64,000 nt of DNA from assembly GCF_964204645.1 (NCBI RefSeq), contig NC_134025.1, positions 12,028,001 through 12,092,000 of the forward strand, read 5' to 3'. Position numbers and translations under genes: made by a program. Every line of letters begins with the position of its first letter. Positions within the stretch are counted from its first letter, which is position 1. The notes beneath the pieces were generated by a model. It saw only the letters and a list, made by a program, of their open reading frames with translations. It had not been told where the DNA came from and searched no databases. The DNA comes from Tubulanus polymorphus. Taxonomy: Eukaryota; Animalia; Nemertea. This document shows, piece by piece, positions 1 through 38,799 of the stretch.

Positions 1-1045
1 AAATGCACACAGATCACACTACACTACCCATTACACATTCCAGTACCCACAGCTTTCATATATCCATCCAAATATTTCTGTCTTTCTTCCTGGATGCCAT
101 CAGGTCCAGATCCCTTTTGAGGGAGGATGCGGAAGCTGACATGGGATTGAGACTTCCCAGTTATCTTGCTCTCTGCCCTATGCGACCGAAACCCTATTGA
201 ACTAATTTTGACTGAGCCACTGATTGTCTCACAATCTGGTACATGTAATAGCTGTTTTTTGTTTGCATGTTTCGATTGTTGTCGACTGGGACTGGGATTT
301 TTTCCTGTAAATAATTGGCTTTTTGGTGGAAACAACGGAAAATTGTATTCTTTTGAAATTCACATAGGCCTATTACACAAGCCTGCAAAAACATTGACTG
401 GATTGGAAAGTCACGAATGATAGTTTTTATGACAAAATATATATCTTTTCTGATCGGTTGTTAAAAACCTAGAGCAACAGGTGGTATTAATATCATGTAG
501 CAATAGTATTTTCTATCAATCACACCAAAATAAGGTGGCAGTGGGTACCATTTGGAATTTTAAAACCAATGAATATTGCTGTGAGCTACGTCTTGCTATA
601 ATTTCTGCATGGATACAATTTTTTGTAAAATTTTCTTCTCATTGCAATGAATATTGAATGTTACAGAAAAAAATTTCTGCGACTTTCCTTAAAAATTGTT
701 TTCTGGTTTGGAAAGCCGTAAGATTTTCTGAGGAGTAATGGTGACACTACTTAATGAAATTCCTGTCTGCTAATACGTTAACCCTTGGTCACTTGGTAAA
801 ACATACCGGTAGTCTATTAAAAAAATTGACAAAAAAATATTACCTATAGTAAATATAATAACAAAATTTCCAATGTATTAAATTAGGCAACTAACAAAAT
901 TAACCCTTGCTGGTTCAGGCTGGTTGGAAGATAGTTTGATATTTCCAATGTACTTCGATTTAAACTCTGTAAACTCGACCACCGATCACACAACTATAAC
1001 TGTACTTTCCGAATCCAAAATCAAACTCCTTGTTTTGTTCCCAGC

Positions 1046-1335
1046 CTTCCTCCCTCGCAGGGTCTGCCAAACTAGACCAGGTGCACAGGTACACGCGTAG
1101 CCTTACCGCACAAAAAATGGTTGCGGCACTAATCAGATTGCTCGTTGTATAATCGCTGAGGCAAATTTCATGGAAAAACTATAAATGGAAAAACCCGGGC
1201 TAAAATAAAACAGGATATCTGATTGCCTAATTATGACATCATCTGGGCTGCGCACTTGGTCTAGTGCAACAGGGTGGTCTAGTACCCGTGGCAAGCTCGA
1301 TGCCATCAGGTTCAAATCCCTGCTGAGGGAGGATG
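1046..1335. mobile_element. Second, inverted copy of the 4615-4943 MITE family
   Basis: Shared blocks in reverse complement (e.g. aaaacaggatatctgattg vs caatcagatatcctgtttc; cccgggctaaaat vs attttagcccggg) and the same GGGAGGATG end. Confidence 0.75.
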
Positions 1336-4300
1336 GTTCCCAGCAGGTGTGGTGGGTTTGTAAGGTACATCAAATCAATGAAATAGTTGTAAAGCAACGA
1401 TTATGGGCTTTCTGCATTGCTGGTTATCAGGACGGAGTCAGCTATACTCTGGTGAGGGTTTGGTATCTGGTTGAAATGTTACGTGGATGGCGTAATGGCG
1501 GTACACAAAAGCCACGTTCACACCATAGGGCTGGTTAGTCATTACCTGGACCCAATAGATTCTGTGCATTCTTCCCGCAAGTTTTTAAATGAGCTGTGAG
1601 AATCGTTCCAGATAGCTGTAGGTCTAACTGATGTGATTGACAGACGATTATTTAAAACATATACTATTCACACATGGAGAAATGGTCCGCTCTAGAATTT
1701 AGAACATACTTTTTCATCGGTCTGAATTAGTGCTTTCTAAACCATTTTAACACAGGCTTTTGGTTAGTATGAATTGAAATTGGCGCAGTGCAGTGTATAA
1801 ATCACTGATGGATTTTGCTATTACACCGCATTGCGGTGTATTGATGTAATTAGTAATTATCTCTCTTGAAAGATGGCAGTACCTGTCAAACATAGTGAAA
1901 TATCAGTAAGTATCGATACACTGCGCCGCGGTGTAGACGCACTATTGTGGTATTCCCTTTAATCAACACACTAGGGTCGAATTATTCAAAATTTTCAAAT
2001 TATCTCCAACACGATAGGGTATTGATAAGTCGCCACTGAAAGGGTTAATATTGTCAGTTGACAATAGATGATAGCCTATAGAATGATAGTATAATTCAAT
2101 GGATAAAATGATGTAGTGCACATTATCTCAAAAGTAATTATTAAAATTCATCAAATATAAGATAAGAGTTATAATTGAAATATGTTTACACAATAAATGC
2201 CAAAATTAAAATTTGTTATTGTTATTTTGAAAGGATAATATCGATGATGTAGTGCACATCCACTCAGACAGAATGTATGTATGTAAAATTTATGTAATGT
2301 ATAAATGTATGTAAACATAATGATAACAGTTCTAAAAGCTTCATAAAATGGTCAAAATGGTCTAAATCGGCTAATTAAGCGCCATCATTTTTCAATTTTG
2401 TCGGTGACTGAATTCCCCTTACCAGAACAGTAATATTTTAGGCATAGCCTGCATTATTCTGTTGGGCTACTAGGGAGCAATGAATTCTTATTGAATTGGA
2501 TTATCCGAATGGCAGTCCATAGGCCCTGGTGATTGTGGAACCGAATCAAGTGCTGCATCTGACCATCGGCAGCTAGAGCATGCCAAGATTCATCACAACA
2601 ACAAACCATAATATATAACCATATTACAATTATTTCAAAAAGTCATATTATCGTTTACTTGGTGTCTTTGCCGGAAAACAAATAGGGGGATTAGGCCTAT
2701 ACTATCTTGTCACAGAAAAATTCGTGATATTATAGAAGAGAAAAGATAATATTTCGCGATAATATATATTGACTATCACTGCCGTTTATTGGTGGTACTT
2801 TTAAGTATGATGTACACTTGGCAAATTTATGGATGGATCTCTGGAGTCAATTGTATAGATATTATCATATTAACCAAGTCCTGGATCATTGAATCCTAGT
2901 CAGCATAGTAATGAAAGACATACTACGCTTATCCGCTAAATCTTTATATCATTTTTGTGTATAGAATGCTGTAAATTTTATTGGTTTCTTCTGTCTTTTG
3001 ATGTATTTTGTTGTATAAAGACACTTTAGGCCAGCTGTAGGCTGAGCCTATTACTATACAAATAGAGCGAATTTAAATGACATGGTTTCCAGAAGGCTTT
3101 TTCGATGTGCATCTGAGCATTTATTCATACAAATCATTCATGCAAGCCTTATCCACTTTCCAATTCCTAGGAAGCCGAATTTTGCAAAGGGGCCTCGTTG
3201 AAATTTAAATGTTTTAATGAAGAAGTTTTAAAGTTCTTAATGAAAATCTGATTACCAAATATCTCAGTTTTATAAAAAAGCCAATCTGAAAGCAAAGTCT
3301 CCTCTACAGCGGGCCGCACACTAGCGACAAAGCCGGCGCAACAACTATGCCGCGGCAATTTAACAGCGACATTGACGCCGAAAACTTTTCCCGCACACTA
3401 GCAACAACGACGCAGCTTCAAGTGCTGCATCTGCAACTATTGTAGGTCATGTGGCCAATTAATGATCAAAAATATGATCTTGACACATGCGCATTGAAAC
3501 CAAATTCGGCTAAATCCTGCGACATTGCCACAGAATTAGGCGCGTACTTGTCGCGCTGCATCAAAATTATCAAGCATGTTAGATATCGGCGGCAAAAATG
3601 CCTAAAAGTTGCCCCACACACTAGGTGATTTTGACGCCGGTGTCCTTGTTCCGGGGGGGGGGCGGACGGGGAGCTTATGGTTGGCTTAGCTACAGAAATC
3701 AGCAGGTGTTCACGTAAACCCGCTGTATCGTCTCCTGTTTTACTTCCGGGTTTTATTTTATGATTTAGAATTGTATTTCAAGGTCGATTTCTGTGAAATC
3801 TTAAGTTGATATGGTTTTTAGGGAGAAATTTTTTATTTACAATTCGGAGAATTCATCCTTGACAATTGGGCACGGTTCGGGAAAGATAGCTTTTTCTCTA
3901 ATCGGATGGATGACCTATGCTAATTAGACATGTGTTCTAATTGCAATTCAATCTAATTTTATTCTGCAATAACAAATTCAATTTCATATTATTGAACAAA
4001 ATTACATCGAATCCAAGATAAAGTTGAATTTAATTGAATTATGGAAACACTGAAAAATACATGTTGTATCGAGCTTTGCGGCCGATTCACTGGATGCACG
4101 CGATTCGTTACCATGTGTTGGCAAAGTTGTTTTCTCTGCACCAAAAGAATAATTTCTTTCTCTCTGTCACGAGTCCACGTTCCGTCGGTAGCCATTTATA
4201 ATGTTGATAACAAATCGAGCGAATCCTGTAATCTTTATCAATCATATGATATGAGGTGCAATACGAAATCATTCGCTACAATGAAATTTACTCTGAAAAA

Positions 4301-4411
4301 ATTAAAACGTGGTGAATGGCGACGAAGTAGAGAAAGATGTGTTGCGAATAAATACACAATTTAGATAAATCATTAGTCCTCATAACAAATTCTTTTTTTT
4401 TTAATTTTTAG

Positions 4412-19087
<14,676 letters not shown>

Positions 19088-19253
19088 GAATGCAGACAAA
19101 TGTAACATCAATTCAACTTATACTAGAAGTATTAAACAGCAGTAGTGAAACTATCCAACCCGCGGAGTGAGGGAAAGAAGAACTGGATGGTAGCAAGATT
19201 CTATTGAACACAGGCTCCAGGCATAAAAACTACAATTGAATTGATGTAACTCT

Positions 19254-19350
19254 AGAAATTTCATTTACAGTAGACTATGCCAAAGTCTGTTCTTTTGGAC
19301 TTCAGAAATTTCATTTACAGAAGACTTTGCTGAAGTCTGGTTCTTTTTAG
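19254..19350. repeat. ~50-bp tandem duplication in the GALNT2 3' UTR
   Basis: AGAAATTTCATTTACAG..AGACT.TGC..AAGTCTG.TTCTTTT occurs twice. Confidence 0.75.
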
Positions 19351-21672
19351 ATCATTGAAACTCGAGCATATAGCCAGTCGGAAAGTGTGTCATCGGATCG
19401 GACTTGACCACAGTGTATTGTATTCAGAAACCTATTTCCAATAGGCATCAGTTGTAAAAATCATCTGTAGGAATTGGGGTCGAAACTTGTATACTAACAG
19501 AGTGTGTTTATGAAATTTCTATCATTTGTTTCGATTGCGGTTTTTTGCGTGAAGCTCTACAATATGTCTAAGAGCAACTTGGTGCTTCATAATTGGCTGA
19601 TAATGTATGCGTCGGAATGTTCCTTGCAACCATAGACAACGTGCAATAAAAGGTATATATGAACAGTGACACATTATTGGTAATTGTATATGTACAATGC
19701 TTTTTAGACGTATTCCTAATTTTTAAACAAAATCTAGCATTTTAGCTATGACCATCCCACCTGTCGACTAAATATAAACGGTAGGCAAGACTTTAGTAGG
19801 TATGCTAGTGCTAATGTTTACTCCATACCGGAAACACTAAACTAGATTTCCTGAATACAGTAAACTATGTGTATATCATATCACTTAGGATGGCAAAATA
19901 TCTTTGAGATATATTATGTTGAAACTTGCATTCCGTTGATGGAGATTTTAGTGATTTTACTATATACCAACGCACCGATATTTCGATCACTGAGTTCCGC
20001 TATTGTTAAACTGGCTTGTATTGACTGTTCACTGCTGGAAAATGATTGATGATTGAAAGAATGATAGATGAATAACAGTGAGAACACTGTCTGGTTAGGT
20101 TACCTTTTTTCGGGTAGAAGAACAGCTGGGATCGTGGTTTCCAATTAAGGTGTTCGCTGGGCTTGAGAGTATATACCTGGTTTATCTCAGTGAATGATTC
20201 AAGAATTCTGAAACTGTTCCCATGCTCTGTTATCGTTTTGACCAGAGGACTGGCAATATCTGATATGACTGGTCTTTTCTGCAGCACATCACCTTTTAAA
20301 ATTATGATATATACATAGTTTACAATACAAAAATTGGAAATATACCAGTCTTTAGAGGTCATTGCATTTGAAAATAGTGACATTATCTGCTGTTTTGTCA
20401 ACTTTGATTTCATTTATGTAGACACTGTAAATTCTTAATCATAATTATACAGTATCACTACTTGTCCTTCATGGGAATGTTGTCTTCCATTTTACGATCT
20501 ATTGTTGATACGCATGTTTGTTTGTGTGTGTGTGTATGTAAAGGGAGACTTGAAAAATGATTAATTTTCTATGCAATTAGTTTTCATTGTCGCCTTCTAT
20601 GTATGTTGATGTCAATTTTGTACTGTTTAAAACAAAGGTTTAAATCATTGTGGCCTTGTTTCAATTGCGTTTTGGTTCAGATACGGCCAGTCTTGTGCCA
20701 TGGACACACAGGCAACATAGCCACTAAATGAATATTCAATTTCCGGTCAGTTTTGTTCCAGCTTGGTTACTACTTGATAAACGATGGTGTGGGATGATGT
20801 TTTTCGTACTGGGACTATGGTATGTTATCACGTTTTTGCTACACCATTGCTATTAGCAGTTTAAGATTTTGGCCTATGGAAAAGATAGGCTTATTGGCTG
20901 GTTGGTTTGGACCATCAATCATTGACTTATCGACTCAGGGTTCATGATGGTGGTGGGAGAGTTTCTTGGTCAAATTTTGTTCGTTCTCTCCTTCATTATT
21001 AGTAGTACTTACCAGAAATAGGTGTTCAAATGATCAGAGTGAATGCCGGGCAACTAAACTGAGTCTTTGATATTCTTTTCCATTTTACATTGTATTGAAG
21101 TCTTTGAAGTTGAATAGAGAACGTAACTCACTCCAATTGAATGAAATTATTAAATGTTAGTCAATGTAATTGAAATAGACATTAAACGCATGGCCAACTA
21201 CAAGATAACTCATAAGTAGCAACTGGAAGAGTGATTATGACAGTGAACACATTCATTTCAGTTAGAAAATCTTTTCTGATGTTTGGTTCTTGAAAGCTGG
21301 AAATTGGGGTCAGAAAATATTTTAAGAATTACGTTTGTAGTATAAGTTGAGCAATAATGATTTTAACTTCTATTCAAAACAGTTATATATTAGTGGGCCA
21401 ATATAATCTGTGACGCATTGTTTTACATGTATTACCATTTAGTTCAGTACTGAAGAAAGTCAGTTTGAAAATTAGTTTACCTGTACTCACTTGTAAATGT
21501 TAGTTATCAACTATGGTGCTAAATGATATAAATGTTAATCAAGTATAATTGATGAATATGTGCGTGTGAAAAGAGATAATTGTTGATGATTGTAGAAATA
21601 GTAATTGTAATGGATTACATTGTAAAGGGTTCGTGCAGTCATTGTAAACCTGATAAAGTCCAGAATACTCTT

Positions 21673-21935
21673 CTGGGCCCAGTTGCTTAGTCGTGGCTTA
21701 GACTTAAGACCAATTTAAGACCGTCTTAGTTCTATAACCAATCTAACATCTTCAGACCAGTCTTAAAATTTAAGACCATTTTTGGACTTAGTCTCAACAG
21801 TTGCACAGTCGTGACTTAAGTCCAATAGTGGTCCTCAATCTTAAGACTGGTCTTAAGTTGTAAAGATTGGCTATAGAACTAAGTTGGTCTTAGCCAGGTC
21901 TTAAGTCTAAGCCATGACTATGCAACCGGTCCCTG
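21673..21935. mobile_element. ~260-bp foldback MITE with the same termini as 15273-15404
   Basis: CTG|GGCCCAGTTGC...AGACTTAAGACC on the left and GGTCTTAAGTCT...GCAACCGGTCC|CTG on the right. The arms pair over ~120 bp and CTG is duplicated at both ends. Confidence 0.8.
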
Positions 21936-22927
21936 GATTGTTTGAAGTTCTGGAATAGGATAGTAGCATCCATCGACTTCATTCAGGAAACACTATTCTC
22001 AACCTCGAAGCTGGAATAGCTGCCTGATAATCATAGCTTGGTTGAACTGCCAACGGTCCCTGAAAATGGTTTGCTATCTTTCATGGGATTGTAGATAAAT
22101 TCTGGCCAGAGCCCTGAAATTTCTGTTATGTGTAAATATTCTTTTTTTCTTCTACATCCAATTGGCAGCTCAGCATAGGTGTGGAATTTCATAGGTTAAG
22201 AAATTTTTTTGAACTAAATGCAAGGCTAGTATGATTGCCTGCTCATACTGATTGGGTAATTTATAGTAAATTTCGTAAGGTTCACTGAATTGAAGATGTG
22301 TATTCATCCCATTTCATAGGAATCAACGGTTAAAAATGAAATCCTATGTTACAGCTACCGATGTCGTGGAATAGTTGTGGATTTTTTCAATTAGGAGAAA
22401 TGATTTGCATGAACCCTGCTATTAGACAAAATGCTACCAGTGGATGATGTAAATTTTAATGAAAACATATTGTATAAATTGGTTAACCGCTGTCTAAACT
22501 AGTTGTGTAGTTCATCAGGCAAAATCTCTTGTGATAAAATTCATATTGCATGACCATATGTATGAACACATATTGTATGTACTGTTAACCTCGCCTAACT
22601 CTGACAAAACCGAACTCATTTTCTAACAACCTAACCTATTTTCCGATCTAAACACAGTTCTTTTGCTTAACTCGGATGATTTAAGTTCCCAGTTTGTCTC
22701 AAGCAAAGTATACTGTAAACGGCATCTGTAAATTGAACTCAGTTTGCTGTTTGAGCATCTGATCATCGGTGGCTGTGAAATCGAACTGTAGGTATCCTTT
22801 AAACAAAAAGTTGATAATTTTGAAAATTTCCTGGCTTCGATCATTTGTTTTAAGTCCGGAAATTCCTCTGTAACTTTGTGTACTTAAGAAAGACACAGTC
22901 TGGTGTTAATGAAATGCCTTGTATCTA

Positions 22928-23062
22928 CAGTAAACTTCATCTTGCTCGGATATGGCCTACTCAAAACAAAAACGAAATCATTTTTCCGACTTCTAATGTA
23001 TTTTCCTTCACTTGGACCAATTTCGCTCGTTCCAGTTTGTCCGATTCAGGCGAGCTTTACTG
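22928..23062. mobile_element. pogo/Tigger-like MITE
   Basis: TA|CAGTAAAC ... GCTTTACTG|TA termini with TA duplication. Confidence 0.6.
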
Positions 23063-26000
23063 TACTGTAATCTAGAGTTCTTGCAGCCACATGTTTTTTT
23101 TCACGTGACTACTCCATATTGGTTGGCAAACACAATAAGTGATTTACATAGCAGATCCCAGTAGTCTATGTCCATATTCACTTGATGACATGGTATGGTC
23201 ATCTGAGCTATCGCTGACATAATTGTATTTAAATAACGGCTTGATAAAATTCAGTACATGTAAATCCAGAAATTCTGCAGTGGTTTTTGCATTGGCATGA
23301 ATGACATGGTTTGCCAACCAACGTGGTGTTGTAAACAAACAATTTTGTGAGTGCAACACAGCTATACCTTGTTCAAATGACATCAATACTGCAATAAATT
23401 CAGATACCACCGGTACATGTATGTATAACCATTATCTAAAATGATTTACCCATGTTTTGACTTTTTGGATATAGCAAACACATTTCTGGGTACTAGAAGT
23501 TTGTAGAGAAATGAAGGTTTCACTTACCTCCATTTCCAATAATTAAAAAAACCCGTTATTTTGAAGTTTCTTAAGTAGGTTAACTGTTGTTTCCGTTTGA
23601 GTCTGTTATTTTATAAGCGATAGATATACATACTCCGTTTTATACCGGATGCATTTGTATCATGTATACCGATAATGATGAAAACATTTTCAAATGAGAA
23701 TATATGATGATATATAATAGTGGCCATTTTGTTGCATTCTTTTTTTTCGGTTGATTTCATTCACAGAGAGAAGTAATGACTGTTCAATCAGATATCGATT
23801 TGCTGGACTACGCCTCACACGTTCATGATTGTATAGTCTAGTGATGAAAAGTTTGGCATCTGAAGTATTGTCGAGGTAAAATAGAATTACTACATGAATA
23901 CATGTAACGTAATATCATACTCAATATTTTCCGATACGTTTAACTCGGAATATGAATAAGCCAGACTAATAATTATAGTCCAGAGTGATCCACCTTATGT
24001 GTACTTTACTGCAATGAGTGATTTAGGATATCTAAATGGTTCATTATATCTACCTACTACACAAACATTGTACCAAAATCTTTTGCAGAGAATATCTCAT
24101 TGCTTCCCCACAATAGACAAGTCTCAAATTCATGCTTTTATTATCGTGAAGCGAGCTTCTTTCTCTGAAAACTGGTTTTCATATGAGATTTGTCTACAAG
24201 AGATTTGAATACACATCTTTTCAGTAGATCGTCGACGTAACACTGTCAATCACCACAAATCTTCTGGTAAATGGGATGTCATAGAGATGTCAAATCGCAT
24301 GATGAAATCAATGAAACTGATGTTTTTCATATTAATCGGAGGCACATTTAATTGTGGTATCTATGAGCCATAATTCATCTTTCTAGAACACTGTACATCT
24401 AAGTGAGCAGAAACACACAGAAATACAACATTCTATGCATTGAAAAACAAAACATAACTACCGGTATGGGAAGGGGTGGGGGATTTGCTATTGGTATATT
24501 TAGCAAACACCCAACTGACTACCAGATACTAAAGGGTTCCCGGGGAATAAGAAATATCATTTTAGATTCACATCAAGGCCATAAACAGGAAATTTGTCCA
24601 GGGTTGCTGCTTAAAATTAATACAAAGCACTGGTTAGTCATCTACGAATGCTTTCTTGGAAGTTCTTGCAAAAATAGATTGATTCCAAAGAAGAAATTTT
24701 TTTCAAGATTAAGGTGCTATTTATTTACAAAAATAAACAAATGTTTGCTACATTTTTCGCAACATGCGCACTACACAAATAAGGGCATCATTATATCTTT
24801 GTTCATACAAAAAAGCATACGTTCAATTATAGATTTTCTTTCGCAAACGCACTGCAAAAAAACAGCTCGAATCGACTCAAAAAGCTACAAAAACATTACT
24901 TTTATGGGTATTCAATGACACGCCAGTCAATGCTTACAAAAAATTAAAATGTGAGTATATCATTTTGTTAAAAACAAAATTACACGACTCTTTGCAAATC
25001 ATATCTTAAAATGATAAATAGTCTCGTTAAGTATAAGCAAAAATACATAAAGATTGATTTTTAAGCCATAGTGTAAAAAAGCCTGTACAGTTGAACCCTG
25101 ACAAACTTACCAATTATTCAAATCCATTTGTATCATCAAAATGACCTGAGATGTAAAGGTTGCACACGCGGTTTACTCTTCTCAATGGGGCCTACCGCAA
25201 TGGGGGCCTTTCATACATTAAAAGTGGTTGGCACCTCTTTACGGTATGCAGTATTCACATAGTCATGTGCTTCAACTGAGCTACCGTGACAGTATACACA
25301 TTCTACTTGCTGTTATGTGTTTAAGTCACTATCGCCACAGTCTATTGGGCACCACATTGTTTTCAACTAACCGAATAGCAGTCACATCAGTTCGAGCAGA
25401 TCACTATTGGCGTTTAAAAAAATCTCCTGCTTATCGACTGGTTGAAGCTGTTAGATCAGGGTTTTCACCGTACGGTATTACACACAAATAACTGTGTTCA
25501 ACTGTGTACAATTCCGCAGTCGTGGGATGAATTCAAGTTATTTTCAAATTAAACCCATTACTATTGATCTGGGGCAAGACACGCGATGATCGATATCTCA
25601 AAATAATAAGACACTACTACACATGATTACACGTGTATAACACGTTTATATGCGGATGATATGTCATTTAAGTCATAAGATCTTCTGAAAGCCCAAGCTT
25701 CATCAAATATACTGATTTGATTGATGTAGTCCCAGTGATGGTGTACTGTATAAGTATCTAGATCGCTTGCTCAACCTTGGCCTGCCAGATGTTACGATCA
25801 GAAATTTTGCCACAAGTAGCCAAAATTTCTGTAGGGACCAATTTATTTATTGATCACCTCAGAAACCTCTGTAACTTGCGGTCACCGATTGTCAGTTATT
25901 CCACGTATCTAAGGGTTCAGTTGATCAATTTTTTAAGAAGCGAGTTAAGTCATGGTTATTCCCTAGAGCTTTAGAAGTCTTTTAAAGAGACAGCACAGCG

Positions 26001-26487
26001 TGGGAAATATTTCGGAATATTAGAAACTATCATTTTTACAACTGTGTTGCTTCATCATTTGATAGCCTCGATGACACCTAAATTCAAAGCCTTTTGAACA
26101 ACTTTTCGAATATTTCTTCCAAGTATTTTGAAAAAAGTAGAATTTTCTATTATTCTTTGATTCAAAGACATTTTTAAGCAAATTCAGCCTTACACACTGA
26201 TGAAAATGCTATTTTGACCAAGATCCGTATTGAAGGTTAGTACATGTACTTGTATCTATACATGTAGTGATTACTTGCAGGGCTTGGATCTAGTTGCTGT
26301 GCTCAAGCGATTAACCACACAAGTTCACAATCGAATATGTATATATAAGGTTATATCAAAAGCTGAAAAATTTATACGGATATTTTCTACAACATCAACT
26401 CTACGTGAACAACTAATGATCAAAGGTGGAGAATATACGACGTTAAGCGCATTTTTGGTACAGTATTTTTGTTGTGTTGTTCATTCG

Positions 26488-36411
<9,924 letters not shown>

Positions 36412-36866
36412 GGTGTAAATGTCACCTGATAGCGTATAGTGACGTCTGTTCTTCATCCAAACCAATGTGTTTTGGTCTCGCACGACGTGTGGTCCGCGCA
36501 GAATTCCGTGGTCCGGGCGATACGGAAATTAATGCGTGTGCGCAAACAAATGCGTGGCGTGTGCGCAAGCCTGAAATACAATGAGAACATTCATTCGGTA
36601 AAAGAATAGGTAATCAGTACACAATCAGCACTGTTTAAGCAGTAACAACCTCTCAAAAATGATAAGAGAACGGGTAGGCCTAATCTAAAATCTCTTATCC
36701 AGTATTGAAAAATTCATAGCCTATTTGGTTTTCAGGATATTTCATACAGGAAATTCTCGTCCCGCATTTTGGAATTCAGGAAGTCATTATCTGGTAGTCA
36801 AGTGTTCAAAAATTTGGACGAACTCAGACTTTCTATCATATAGACAATCATAGGCCTATTGCAATG

Positions 36867-37537
36867 CGTAGGAAAAAATGGCCAAGGTATTTGCCTAGGA
36901 AAAAATGGCCAAGGAAAAAATGGTCACGGAAAAAAGGGCAAGGAAAATTTATGAGAACTACTGACAATTTTAATAAACATTAAGCTTTCGATTTAATGAC
37001 ATCATTTATTTTTCATGGGGCAAAAAAATATTAAAATCAGGATAATGAGTTCAGAAATTTGATGAACTTACATTTTATTTCATTAGATATAATGAATATA
37101 CCAGAACTATCATGAAAGAACTATCATGCAAGTGGGCAATGGATAAACTTTATAGTGATAAACTTAAACTTAATAAATTAACTAAACAAATATTTCAAAA
37201 TATCTAAGTAAGCTATTAGGGCACAGACTGTCTTAAATCATCAAAGGTAAATGCATTGAAATTGTGTGGTAATTTATATAGCAAACTGGTGTAGTATCTG
37301 ATAACCTCGAAGTGAGATATGCTCATCATAAATTTACCTAAACTAATCCAGGAATAGGTCTAATAATCTCAAAAAGTGACATGTCAAAACATCAATTTCT
37401 TGTAAGTCAATGAAATGATGGTTAGTTTTCTATTTAATCTTCCTTGGCCTTTTTTTCCGTGGCCATTTTTTCTTAGGCAAATACTTTGGCCATTCTTTCC
37501 TTAGCCATTTTTTCCTTGGCCATTTTTTCCGTTCACC
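36867..37537. mobile_element. Mutator/foldback-like element with 9-bp TSD in the PCNX4 5'-UTR intron
   Basis: ATTGCAATG duplicated at 36858-36866 and 37538-37546. Tandem GGAAAAAATGGCCAA units on the left are mirrored by TTGGCCATTTTTTCC units on the right. Confidence 0.75.
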
Positions 37538-38264
37538 ATTGCAATGCTAGACCTAAATATAGTGATGTGGCTGCGGCAAAGTCATAAGCCTTACCAGCAG
37601 ACTGTGAATGGTTTGTTTTAAAGATGATTGGATATTTTCGGGAACCCCATCCGAAGTAAACAGCTTACCAACAATTAGTTGGTAACTAATGTCACTCATA
37701 TGTATACCGGTAGGTATCTAGGCTATAGACTTTTATCGTAGTGTTTTTATGGTGGGTTTTGCAACCAAACCACATACTGATTAATCTGTTACTGACAGTC
37801 TATGGTCTAGCCTTCTTCTGAGGTTCAAGGATTGGACGACAGATGAAGGCTAGACGTCACTTTCTTTGGATTTCATCAGGCAGAGATCGGGATCATGGGC
37901 ACCACCGCCACAGCAGGCCGTAGCAGCATGCAGCGCAGGGCTAGTTTTCAATCATCCACCAAGAAAGCCTACAATACTTTACTTGTCTTAGGCCTATATA
38001 AAATGGGGGATATTGAATAATTTATAAGCTACTAATCACCCCAACAAACTTTATACACGAGCTCCTTTGACCGGGATAAGGATTTTTTTCTAAAACTAAG
38101 TTTTGCAGCAAATGCCCAAAAAAGTGCCAGTGATGTGTCGTGTGTGGAGTGGATCGTCGATGATGTGCGAGTGTTGTTAAATGTTTTATTAAAAGGAAAA
38201 AAAGCAAGGTAAGATTCAAGAATAGGGTACTAGGTTGTTAATCGCACCAAAAGCAATCACTTAC

Positions 38265-38310
38265 AGCAGATATCGCTTCTAGAATGCGTAGAACTTCGCC
38301 ATTTGTGGTG
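38265..38310 (-). other. PCNX4: Probable non-coding first exon of PCNX4 (5' boundary approximate)
   Basis: Perfect minus-strand donor GTAAGT at 38264-38259. The exon carrying the PCNX4 ATG has its own CAG acceptor (36573-36571), so an upstream exon is required. The transcription start site is not visible from sequence alone. Confidence 0.55.
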
Positions 38311-38799
38311 AATGTGAGGCGCAGAAAATATTTTAATAGCAAAATTTTCTCAATACCACAAAAAGACAGTGGTTGCCAATATCAATATATCAATCAGAGC
38401 TGACGTCATTCTATTAGGTTCGAATCCTGAATAACTTTCTTTAAGATTAGTTCTTGAAATTGAAATTAACCGAATTGCTCTTTGAAATTAGATGCTCACA
38501 GCTCAAATTATAATATTAATTGAAAAAAATGTATATAACGTTAGTAGGGCATAGTTTTAAAATTAGGCTTATCAATTGGACTTAGGACAAAGGGTCGAAT
38601 CCCGAATATACATTTTTCAGGAATAAGAAGCAGTAGGATTTATTTAAAGAGAAATACAAATCTGACGATCATACCAAACTGGCAACAATATTTCAGGATT
38701 ATTCTATGAATTAAAAAACATGTTTGAATAGGCATACCCTGGCCTATCAACAATGCGACTGACCCGGGAGACCCGAGACCGACCCAATAAATCAACAAT
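38311..38799. promoter_or_regulatory. Putative bidirectional promoter shared by PCNX4 and MED17
   Basis: Head-to-head genes ~0.5 kb apart. Palindromic CRE TGACGTCA at 38401-38408 and CCAAT boxes near 38376 and 38784. YY1-type ATGGCG motifs point outward at both ends (38302 minus; 38800 plus, overlapping the MED17 ATG). Confidence 0.6.

Noticed and set aside
1-4411. Upstream GALNT2 exons (TM/stem, FN...SD motif)
   Set aside because: No matching exon found; the region appears to be intron filled with repeats.
24403-24918. 171-aa plus-strand ORF
   Set aside because: Non-ATG start, AT-rich, no motifs; it lies in the likely 3'-UTR region of PCNX4 on the opposite strand.
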